DNA from: Candidatus Thorarchaeota archaeon
Lineage (GTDB): Archaea > Asgardarchaeota > Thorarchaeia > Thorarchaeales > Thorarchaeaceae
Assembly (NCBI GenBank): GCA_003345545.1
Contig: PRDH01000056.1
Span: 1-35,473 of the forward strand
Length of the DNA: 35,473 nt
Direction: 5' to 3'
Both the position numbers and the translations under genes were made by a program. The notes beneath the pieces were generated by a model, which ran no database searches, was not told the origin of the DNA, and saw only the letters and a program-made list of their open reading frames with translations. Below are positions 28,082 to 35,473 of the stretch, one piece after another (the first letter of the stretch is position 1; each line of letters opens with the position of its first letter).

Positions 28082-28182
28082 CATGTGTACTAGTGACACA
28101 TGAACCACATGATAGCAAGCTTATCTACCTGGCTGGTTTTGATGAGCTGCAGATGGCATGTGCACCTAGTGCACATGTTTAA
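28082..28182 (+). promoter_or_regulatory. Pair of related palindromes and TATA box upstream of ywbE
   Basis: CATGTGT-ACTAGTG-ACACATG (28082-28102) and CATGTGCAC-CTA-GTGCACATG (28157-28177), the latter abutting TTTAA at 28178. Confidence 0.5.
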
Positions 28183-28211
28183 CAGCCGGCCATCGTCTTT
28201 CACGAGTCACA

Positions 28212-28448
28212 ATGAACACAGAAACCGACAATGCAGGAACGCATCGCGAGAACATCCGCCCTGGTCTTGTGGTCGATGTGATTCTCAAGAAGGACCAGAC
28301 CACAGGCAAGTTGACCCGAGGCGTTATCAGGGATATTCTCACGAACTCCTCTGTACATCCTCGGGGCATAAAGGTCCGCTTGAGCAACGGACAGGTCGGC
28401 CGAGTAAGGACAATTCCAAAGCAGTCGTCGGGGAGACCTGTAATGTGA
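28212..28448 (+). CDS. ywbE: YwbE (DUF2196) family protein
   Basis: RENIRPGLVVDVILKKDQTTGKLTRGVIRDILTNSSVHPRGIKVRLSNGQVGRV family signature. Confidence 0.88.
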   Translation: MNTETDNAGTHRENIRPGLVVDVILKKDQTTGKLTRGVIRDILTNSSVHPRGIKVRLSNGQVGRVRTIPKQSSGRPVM

Positions 28449-28487
28449 GGTTCTCTCTGATTTCACAGGACAGGTCGTGAGAATACT

Positions 28488-29267
28488 ATGCCTGAACGAA
28501 GCAGGAATCGTGGGTCTGGGGGTTCACCGAGAGGATATGCTGTCGCTGCGCTTCTCGGATTGGATCGGCATCGCGCAGTCCTTTGGGTTGTGCACAGTCA
28601 ATCTGTCAAACAACACGGGTCTATCGACTTGCCCAAAGATCGTGACGGAGGTAGTGAAGGCGATCACTATAACTTCTTCAACACCATCATTGCCGCCCTA
28701 AAACCTGTGTTTTCGAGCGGCGTGGGCAGCCTCGTAGTTGCCAGTGTTGGAAACGGCGGCGCACTAGCCAATAGCTTTGTTGTTCATGTGCGGAAGCATC
28801 ACGCCTACCTCGTTCGTTCTATCCGAATGACGAGCATCGCTGCAGATGCAAGCACGACCAACGCAGTCAAGGCCCTAGTCAAGACGCAGGCGTTTCAGAC
28901 TGCCACCGCGAATGTTATCGAGCAGGAATCGGACAGCATAGTCCAATTGCTGGATGCGAGACTGTCTGATGACACTGGAGGATTCACTATTCTCTTCTCG
29001 CTCGAGGAGATTGGCCAGTGCTTCAGGAAATTGTCCAAGGCTGGTCAGGTTTCAGTCGGAGTCCCTGAGCACATACTCATGACTGACAGGTTCTGGGCGG
29101 CGCAGAAGAATAGTCCTCGTCTGCAGCGAATCACAGATCTCGCTCGCAACGCAGGGGTGAAGGTTCGCGTTTTTCGGGAGGATGAAAAGGCCGGCGGACG
29201 TGTTGCTCAGCTGGGGGGTCTTGTGTGCATAGTTGTACAGAGGGGTCAGAAGCCATCTCGAATCTGA
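28488..29267 (+). CDS. Pelota/eRF1-like protein (domains 2-3 only)
   Basis: C-terminal ARNAGVKVRVFREDEKAGGRVAQLGGLVCI matches the eRF1/pelota domain-3 end; RNase-H-like middle domain pattern (ALLGLD..AVLW, SLVVAS); no N-terminal domain, no GGQ. Confidence 0.6.
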   Translation: MPERSRNRGSGGSPRGYAVAALLGLDRHRAVLWVVHSQSVKQHGSIDLPKDRDGGSEGDHYNFFNTIIAALKPVFSSGVGSLVVASVGNGGALANSFVVHVRKHHAYLVRSIRMTSIAADASTTNAVKALVKTQAFQTATANVIEQESDSIVQLLDARLSDDTGGFTILFSLEEIGQCFRKLSKAGQVSVGVPEHILMTDRFWAAQKNSPRLQRITDLARNAGVKVRVFREDEKAGGRVAQLGGLVCIVVQRGQKPSRI

Positions 29268-29282
29268 GTCACTGATAGGGGC

Positions 29283-29312
29283 AATGAGCCATAGACGATA
29301 TGGCTAGTCATT
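29283..29312. terminator. Hairpin between convergent genes
   Basis: AGCCATA-GACGA-TATGGCT core with AATGA/TCATT extension. Confidence 0.35.
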
Positions 29313-29328
29313 CCGGGAGATTGATCTT

Positions 29329-29979
29329 CTATCGTCTGAATCTGTTCAGAATCTCAAGCACCTCACTATCTGGAACATCATACCAGTGTTCATAGGCCTC
29401 TGCAACTGCAAAGCTCCACCCGCTCTCGATACGAGGACAGACAAGATGATTGACCAGTGGTCGGACTCTCTCGACTGATGTGTCATGTGCAGTTGGCACT
29501 GCAACAGTGATGCTGGCTGGACTCAGTGCCGTGAGGGACTGCACCGCAGCAATCATGGTGTAACCTGATGCCAGACCGTCATCTACGAGGATTGTGTCCT
29601 TTCCCGATGGGTCAGATGTACCTGCAAGACCAGAGAAGGCTCTCTGCCTCTCCGAAACTTGAACCCTAGTCTTGGCTATCACGTGTTCTATCGTCTTTTC
29701 ATCAAGACGCAAACTCCTGACAAGCTCATCGTTGAGTATCACATTACCAAAGGATGTCAGTGCACCAAAACCCGCCTCGGTATTATTGGGAATCTGCAGC
29801 TTTCGCACAATGATGACGTCAAGATCGGCCCTCAGTGATTGTGCAACAGCCTCGGCGACCACAACCCCACCATTTGGGACTGCGAGGATAAGACAGCTTG
29901 GCCCTGGTATGTTGATGCGTCTGAGTTCCTCAGCAAGGACCTGACCTGCATGATTTCTATCTCTATAGCTCCACATCAT
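29329..29979 (-). CDS. Phosphoribosyltransferase, copy B
   Basis: TILVDDGLASGYTM; about 75% identical to copy A (hand count, 162/215). Confidence 0.9.
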   Translation of the reverse strand: MMWSYRDRNHAGQVLAEELRRINIPGPSCLILAVPNGGVVVAEAVAQSLRADLDVIIVRKLQIPNNTEAGFGALTSFGNVILNDELVRSLRLDEKTIEHVIAKTRVQVSERQRAFSGLAGTSDPSGKDTILVDDGLASGYTMIAAVQSLTALSPASITVAVPTAHDTSVERVRPLVNHLVCPRIESGWSFAVAEAYEHWYDVPDSEVLEILNRFRR

Positions 29980-30199
29980 TCATACAGTAGGAAGAAGTGG
30001 TTGATATCATCTTTGTTTTCAAATGAGAGACAATCGTATCAACACTCTGGGGTCCAATTCTACGTGACATAGACTGAGTGATTTAGCCAACACATCTTAA
30101 TAGGATGACCGTCATTCTGAGATTGACACCCATAAACGTACGCAAGATCAGATTTGTGTCCCTGGACACAGGTTCAACAGAATCTGGAGACTGTCAATC

Positions 30200-31480
30200 T
30201 TGGAACCCGCAGGTCTGCTTATCATTGTTGTCTTCGTTGTCGTGTACCTAGCGATAACGTCCGAAAGGGTCAACAGAACTGCGATGTCGCTGACAGGAAT
30301 GGCGATCGTAGCACTAATCCTGTGGATTCTGGGCACAAGTGATTTCAAAATCCTGACTGAGCACATCGAGTGGTCCACAATTCTGTTCGTCACAGGTCAG
30401 ATGATCATTGTCACTGTGTCTCGTGCATCAGGCATGTATCAGTACCTCGCCCTCACTCTCGCCCGCCCATCCGGCGGAAATCCACATCGTCTGTTCATCA
30501 CTTTTATCGTATTCGTATTCTTCATCTCGCTATTCTTCGACACTACCTCAACAATGCTCATCATTGGGCCTCTGACAATCGAGGTCTGCAGGGCATTGGC
30601 CTTGGATTTCAAGCCATTTCTTGTTTCTGAGGCGATAGTTGCGAACTATGCCTCCATACCGTCTGTCGTTGGGGACGTACCGAACCTTGTTATCTGGCAT
30701 GCTACACAAATCAACGCGGGTTCCATGTTCATTGCTCTGATACCTCTGTCCGTCATTTTCCTACTCATCTCTTTGCCTCTCATGCTGCGATACCTCCAAC
30801 GTACTCTCAAGGAACGTGACATGACGAAATGCGAGGAGTTTCTCGCACTTGACCCGAAGACTCTGATTCACTCTAGACTTGAGTTCTATATGTCCGTCGG
30901 AGCAATGATTGCCATAGTGTTGGCCTTCACAATCGGCAACGCAGTTGGTTTGGAGCCGAGCCTAGTCGTCATGACCATTGCTGCAGTCATGTTGATGATG
31001 ACACGGCGTGAGGTGGAACAAATCCTACGTCAGGTGGGATGGGGCACGATCTTCTTCATCATTGGACTGTTCGGCATTGTCGCTGCCCTTGATCTCACTG
31101 GAGTGCTCACCGACATGACCGTTTGGGCAGAAGCGACTGTAGGCAGTAACAAGGTCATAACCACCCTCTTCATGTTCTGGATACCTGGAGTGATCTCAGC
31201 TGTCATAGATAACGTACCGATTGCCGCCCTGCTGGCACCCCTTGCAGCTACTTTCACTCACATGAGCTCGGTTGTGGTCCTTGCACTGATCTCTGGCGTC
31301 AATATAGGCGCATTCATCCTCCCCATCGGTTCTCCTGCCAATATCATTGCTCTGGCACTATCAGAAACCGAAAAGGATCCTATTGGCATAATGGGCTTTG
31401 CAAAGGTCGCTACTCCGATGGCCATACTGATGATGCTTATTGGAACAGGGTACCTGCTTTTGCTTACGCTGTTCATCTGA
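30200..31480 (+). CDS. ArsB/NhaD/SLC13 (ion-transporter superfamily) permease
   Basis: About 12 TM; VGDVPN, ISAVIDNVP, NIGAFILPIGSPAN motifs; TTG start. Confidence 0.88.
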   Translation: MEPAGLLIIVVFVVVYLAITSERVNRTAMSLTGMAIVALILWILGTSDFKILTEHIEWSTILFVTGQMIIVTVSRASGMYQYLALTLARPSGGNPHRLFITFIVFVFFISLFFDTTSTMLIIGPLTIEVCRALALDFKPFLVSEAIVANYASIPSVVGDVPNLVIWHATQINAGSMFIALIPLSVIFLLISLPLMLRYLQRTLKERDMTKCEEFLALDPKTLIHSRLEFYMSVGAMIAIVLAFTIGNAVGLEPSLVVMTIAAVMLMMTRREVEQILRQVGWGTIFFIIGLFGIVAALDLTGVLTDMTVWAEATVGSNKVITTLFMFWIPGVISAVIDNVPIAALLAPLAATFTHMSSVVVLALISGVNIGAFILPIGSPANIIALALSETEKDPIGIMGFAKVATPMAILMMLIGTGYLLLLTLFI

Positions 31481-31655
31481 GCCACTCGCGGTAATTCTGA
31501 GTGTACACGGATTCGAACCCAGCGACGAAGCGGACAATGATGGTTTCGATGGCTGCAGGGATTTCGAAAGTGAAGAGGGTCATAATGGTCTGCTCACCTC
31601 GACGAGAATTTCACTTAAGCTAAGGCATATCTATGAATCAATATTAACTATAGTT

Positions 31656-32063
31656 ATGATAAATCAAATCTTCGTAAACTTACCCGTGAGGAATCTCAAG
31701 AAGACGCGAGAGTTCTTCACGAAGCTTGGATTCATGTTTAATCCCAAATTCTCTGATGAGAATGCGGTGTGCATGATAATCAGTAATGATGCCTTCGCAA
31801 TGCTCCTGGTTGAGAAATTCTTCAAGACATTCACAAAGAAACAGATCTCGGACGCCAAGAAGAGCACAGAAGTAATGGTTGCTCTCTCTGTCGGTAGCAG
31901 AGGCGAGGTGGATGAGATGATGAGCAAGGTTGTCATGGCTGGTGGAAAGGAGGCAAGGGCTCCCGAGGACCTGGGGTACATGTATGGGCGTGCCTTTGAA
32001 GACCTTGATGGGCACATCTGGGAAGTGTTTCACATGGACGAGAGTCAGATGCCATCTCGCTGA
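31656..32063 (+). CDS. VOC/glyoxalase family protein
   Basis: MINQIFVNLPVRNL...FFTKLGF.FNPKFSDE...MYGRAFEDLDGHIWE. Start at ATG 31656; the ORF-track extension overlaps the upstream gene. Confidence 0.9.
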   Translation: MINQIFVNLPVRNLKKTREFFTKLGFMFNPKFSDENAVCMIISNDAFAMLLVEKFFKTFTKKQISDAKKSTEVMVALSVGSRGEVDEMMSKVVMAGGKEARAPEDLGYMYGRAFEDLDGHIWEVFHMDESQMPSR

Positions 32064-32122
32064 AGACATGGAACAATGCGTCGCTGGGTGTCCATGGTAT
32101 TGGTTGGGCGTCCACATCCCTT

Positions 32123-32179
32123 CGCAAAACTTATTAGTGCTCAATCACTAGTGATATCGCTAGTGATATCAATACTGAT
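32123..32179 (+). promoter_or_regulatory. padR promoter (BRE/TATA) followed by three tandem 12-bp palindromic operator-like units
   Basis: CGCAAAA-CTTATTA at 32123-32136; ATCACTAGTGAT (32144-32155), ATCGCTAGTGAT (32156-32167), ATCAATACTGAT (32168-32179), abutting ATG 32180. Confidence 0.7.
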
Positions 32180-32779
32180 ATGAAACAGCGAAATTGCGAA
32201 CACGGGGGTGAAAAACAAGATATGTGCGGACCAAGAGATATGTGCGGGCCAGGAATGCACCATCATTGGAGCAGAGGAACCTCATTTGTACCAAAGGGAT
32301 ACCTTAGGTCTCAGGTTCTGAAGTTGCTCAGCGAGAAGCCCATGTCGGGCGCTGAGATCATGAGTGTGATGGAAGACAAGACCAGTATGAGATGGCGACC
32401 AAGCCCCGGCTCTGTCTATCCTCTACTCTCATGGCTCTTAGACTCGGGTTACACACGGGAACTGTCTGACTCGGAGGCTGGTGTCCGCCGTTACGAGTTA
32501 ACGGAAGAGGGCAAGAAGTTCCTCGAAGAGGAGGAACTACGCAGGGATCAACACAAGGGCGCCCATTTCTTCGGACCACAGTTCGAAGACTGGGAAGGAC
32601 CAATGCCTGAAGAGGCACGTGAGCTGATCGATAGCTGGCGACAGATGAAACGAGCTGGCTTTGCGCTTCGCAGGAAGCTCAGGGATGACTACTCTGAGTC
32701 TCTGGCGACAGAAGCCAAGAAAATAGTGGATGACTTCGTGGAGAAGATCTCCCGCCTCTCTGAAACAGAGAGGGCATAG
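32180..32779 (+). CDS. PadR family transcriptional regulator
   Basis: KGYLRSQVLKLLSEKPMSGAEIM...WRPSPGSVYPLLSWL...RRYELTEEG. Confidence 0.92.
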   Translation: MKQRNCEHGGEKQDMCGPRDMCGPGMHHHWSRGTSFVPKGYLRSQVLKLLSEKPMSGAEIMSVMEDKTSMRWRPSPGSVYPLLSWLLDSGYTRELSDSEAGVRRYELTEEGKKFLEEEELRRDQHKGAHFFGPQFEDWEGPMPEEARELIDSWRQMKRAGFALRRKLRDDYSESLATEAKKIVDDFVEKISRLSETERA

Positions 32780-32787
32780 TCATCATC

Positions 32788-32830
32788 GAGGGTGGAGTGA
32801 ATTAGAATCACTCCATCATACTCTTTTTCT
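32788..32830 (+). terminator. Stem-loop plus T-tract after padR
   Basis: GGTGGAGTGA (32791-32800) / TCACTCCATC (32808-32817), followed by CTCTTTTTCTT. Confidence 0.55.
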
Positions 32831-33061
32831 TAAACTGCCAGGTTACCGGTTTTGTTAACAATGCATGATGTTTACAAGATTAGTTAGCAAGATGATATGC
32901 TTACCAATATGGCGTGAATCGCGACATCCAAGTAGCTCAATCAGAAACGAGTTGGATTCTGAAACAGAGTGAGAATGAGAGAGGGCGCTGGTGGTTCCTC
33001 AACGTACATGAAACGGCGTTGGTCGAAAGAGGTATCAATGACATGAATGCATACGAGATGC

Positions 33062-33541
33062 ATGTCAAGAGTCATCGTCATATACGATTCAGAAACTGGT
33101 AACACCGAGAAGATGGCCACTGCGGTCGCTGATGGTGCTCGAAAGGTCAAAGACATCGAAGTCATTGTGAAGAAGGTAGACCAAGTCACTCATGAAGACC
33201 TGTTGAGCTCGCATGGCATCATCATTGGGTCTCCAACGTACTATGGTCTGATGTCGGGGAAACTGAAGTCATTCATTGATACCACAGAAAAGATACATGG
33301 CAAGCTGAGAGGCAAAGTCGGGGGCGCATTCACGAGCTCAGGGGGAACAGCGTCAGGAGCGGAAACCACTCTGCTGTCAATCCTGCACGCAATGCTCGTG
33401 CACGGCATGATTGTGGTCGGACGGGATGACAACAAGCACTATGGTGCTGCCGCCACTGGGGCCCCGAAGGGAAAGGATGTTCAGATGTGTGCAGAGTTGG
33501 GAAAGAGGGTTGCTGAACTGACAAAGAAACTGTATAGCTGA
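33062..33541 (+). CDS. Flavodoxin / WrbA-like NAD(P)H:quinone oxidoreductase
   Basis: IYDSETGNTEKMA, IIGSPTYYG, GKVGGAFTSSGG..GAETT. Confidence 0.9.
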   Translation: MSRVIVIYDSETGNTEKMATAVADGARKVKDIEVIVKKVDQVTHEDLLSSHGIIIGSPTYYGLMSGKLKSFIDTTEKIHGKLRGKVGGAFTSSGGTASGAETTLLSILHAMLVHGMIVVGRDDNKHYGAAATGAPKGKDVQMCAELGKRVAELTKKLYS

Positions 33542-33573
33542 GGAAATCACGACACGGACACGTCCTCATAAGA

Positions 33574-35103
33574 CTACCAATTATTGATTTGTGGAATTCT
33601 TGCATCTGTTGTTAATACCAGACCCAGTTCTTTCAGAGCTTTTTCGCATCCTTGTCCGAGAAGATGAGTACTATGCATATCGCACCCATGAAGGTTCGGC
33701 AACACAGTGATGCATTCTGCAGCATTCGGATTGAAGACACCACTTACTGCAAGAGCATCAAGGACCTCCTTAACGTCGAGACTTGTATCTGCTGTACCCA
33801 TCTGTTTCTTGAGTTTCATTATACTCTCTATTATAATCGGCGAGAGAACATCGATGTCATCTGGAATGCCCGCCAGGTATTTCACCGCGTTCAGGAGTGC
33901 AGCGGACTCTGACATGAGAATCTTTGACCGCTTTCCTTTGAGAATGACAGGGGCGTCATCCGTAGGGTATATCTCGATGGCAGCTCCAGTATGCATCTCA
34001 TTTGGCGCACTCTTTGATTTCTTCGAGCTCTCTTCCAGAGCCCTGTTTGCTTGAATTGCGACTAGACGATCCTCTGGTTTAGCTTGGACACGCTGCATTA
34101 TTCTGTCCATGCGCTCAAGCGTGTCATGGGTGACATTGCCCTCAACAAAGTCTCTATGGTATTGGTAGTACCTTCGAACAATCTCATCGATACTTGCCTG
34201 TTGCACCACGCTGTCATCGATTATTCCCTCTTTGGCCATGTTGACCCCCAAATCTGTGGGACTCTTAATCTCCGCCAAGGGGTCTCCAGCAGGAGTAATC
34301 TTCTCGATGATCTTTCTTATTATGGAGAAGTTCTCCACATCTCTATTGTAGTTGGTCGCTTCAACACCGTAGGCCTCCTTGTGAAAGGGGTCGACACAGT
34401 TGTAGTCACCGATATCAGCAGTTGCAGCTTCATAGGCAATATTCACAGGATGGTTCACGGGTAGGTTCCATATCGGAAATGTTTCGAATTTCGCAAAATT
34501 GCTCATTATGCCTATTTTCCTGTCATGATAGATTTGGCCCATGGCGAAGCTCATCTTTCCGCTTCCGGGTCCTGGCGCTGTGATAATGACAATCTTCTTG
34601 TCAGTTTCTACATAGTGCAACCTCCCATAGCCCTCTTCACTGACCACTCTATTCGAGTCTGTGTGATAGTCAGGTATCTCAATGTTAGTGATTACTCTGA
34701 TGCCTCTATTCGCAAGGCGCTGCCTAAACTTGTCAGATGTCTGCTCTCCACCATACCTACTGATCACAACAGCAGACACATCCAGGTCCAATTCCTTCAG
34801 GTCACTTATGTCCCTGAGGATCTGGTCTTCATACGTTAGACCGAAGTCACGTCGTATCTTTCGTCGTTCAATGTCTTTTGCGCTGATGCAGTGGATGATC
34901 TCGATGTTGTTGCCCAGCTTCTTGAGCATCTGGACCTTTGTATCGAGCTCATAACCAGGGAGCACTCTTGACGCATGATGGTCGTATCTCAGCTTTCCTC
35001 CAAACTCAAGGTAGAGCTTGTCAAATCGGTTCACCCTGTCCATGATGCGTTGTATCTGAGCAGAGAGGTATCGTGAAGTATCAAAGCCCTTCTTTCTAAT
35101 CAT
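33574..35103 (-). CDS. DUF1846 family protein
   Basis: KLYLEFGGKL.YDHHASRVLPG, APGPGSGKM P-loop, AKFETFPIWNLP.NHPVNIAYEAATAD, NYNRDVE, SPTDLGVNM, CDMHSTH. Start ATG 35103 or GTG 35112. Confidence 0.9.
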   Translation of the reverse strand: MIRKKGFDTSRYLSAQIQRIMDRVNRFDKLYLEFGGKLRYDHHASRVLPGYELDTKVQMLKKLGNNIEIIHCISAKDIERRKIRRDFGLTYEDQILRDISDLKELDLDVSAVVISRYGGEQTSDKFRQRLANRGIRVITNIEIPDYHTDSNRVVSEEGYGRLHYVETDKKIVIITAPGPGSGKMSFAMGQIYHDRKIGIMSNFAKFETFPIWNLPVNHPVNIAYEAATADIGDYNCVDPFHKEAYGVEATNYNRDVENFSIIRKIIEKITPAGDPLAEIKSPTDLGVNMAKEGIIDDSVVQQASIDEIVRRYYQYHRDFVEGNVTHDTLERMDRIMQRVQAKPEDRLVAIQANRALEESSKKSKSAPNEMHTGAAIEIYPTDDAPVILKGKRSKILMSESAALLNAVKYLAGIPDDIDVLSPIIIESIMKLKKQMGTADTSLDVKEVLDALAVSGVFNPNAAECITVLPNLHGCDMHSTHLLGQGCEKALKELGLVLTTDARIPQINNW

Positions 35104-35248
35104 GAGTATCACTCAGAGCTGCTATCGGCGTACTGAAAACCAAAGCAATGTCCGTGACTGTTGTCACTCCCTCTATAAAACCTTCGAACGGTAAAGGAAA
35201 TACATTTGTAGAGTGGAGTCATTCTGGAGCGCAATGGGATGAGTCATC

Positions 35249-35473
35249 ATGAAGACACTGATTGCATATGGGACACGGTACGGAGCAACAGCCGGCACCG
35301 CTGTGGAGATCTCCCGAGTACTTCAGGAAGAGGGACACGATGTCCGAGTAGTTGATGTGAAGAAGGACAAGATCAAGAGCATATCCGAATACGAACTAGT
35401 CATCATAGGAAGTGGTATGAGAATGTTCAGGTGGGTCGGTGAAGCTGAAGACTTCATCAAGAAGTTTCAAAAC
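35249..35473 (+). CDS. Flavodoxin-domain protein (HemG-like long-chain flavodoxin), partial
   Basis: Manual translation MKTLIAYGTRYGATAGTAVEISRVLQEEGHDVRVVDV...EYELVIIGSGMRMFRW; runs off the window end. Confidence 0.85.
   Translation, partial: MKTLIAYGTRYGATAGTAVEISRVLQEEGHDVRVVDVKKDKIKSISEYELVIIGSGMRMFRWVGEAEDFIKKFQN

Noticed and set aside
31505-31530. GGGTTCGAATCC on the minus strand resembles a tRNA T-loop
   Set aside because: Only the innermost 2 bp of the T-stem pair contiguously, and no acceptor, anticodon or D arms can be built.
1-35473. CRISPR array, IS/transposase, integrase, rRNA
   Set aside because: No regularly spaced repeats, terminal inverted repeats, recombinase motifs or rRNA-like sequence seen; nearly all of the window is explained by protein-coding genes.

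Overview
Archaeal-looking chromosomal segment: BRE/TATA-like promoters, GGTGA/GGAGG Shine-Dalgarno sites and several apparently leaderless genes. The protein style (Thr/Ser-linker plus C-terminal TM anchors, repeated CQNC zinc ribbons) suggests an Asgard/Thorarchaeia-like or related anaerobic archaeon; this taxonomy is inference. The left ~12.7 kb is a surface-glycan synthesis/decoration locus: CapK/PaaK-like adenylate-forming ligase (partial), a catalytically degenerate and an intact NodB-type polysaccharide deacetylase, a polytopic GT-C-like membrane protein, a DUF354 glycosyltransferase, a Cys-rich hypothetical, a radical SAM/SPASM-Twitch enzyme, two tandem FemAB-like GNAT paralogs and a GT2. 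The rest is a mosaic of accessory genes: S66 peptidase-chrB-MFS cassette, zinc-ribbon proteins, a second MFS, AmmeMemoRadiSam radical SAM (plus an orphan copy of its C-terminal 59 codons 6.1 kb away), a hypothetical + B12 radical SAM operon, FNR-type reductase, two ~75% identical phosphoribosyltransferases, an FG-GAP beta-propeller surface protein, a methyltransferase, YwbE, an N-terminally truncated pelota/eRF1-like protein, an ArsB/NhaD permease, a VOC protein, PadR with a triple 12-bp palindromic operator array, a WrbA-like flavodoxin, DUF1846 and a partial flavodoxin. No rRNA, tRNA, CRISPR array or transposase was found. The best candidates for undescribed biology are the deacetylase/FemAB glycan-acylation locus with its pseudo-deacetylase, the ywbE/truncated-pelota pair, the amrS/B12-radical SAM/PRTase neighbourhood, and a switch-like 5' leader on the GT2 gene. 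All product calls come from motif recognition, not database searches.
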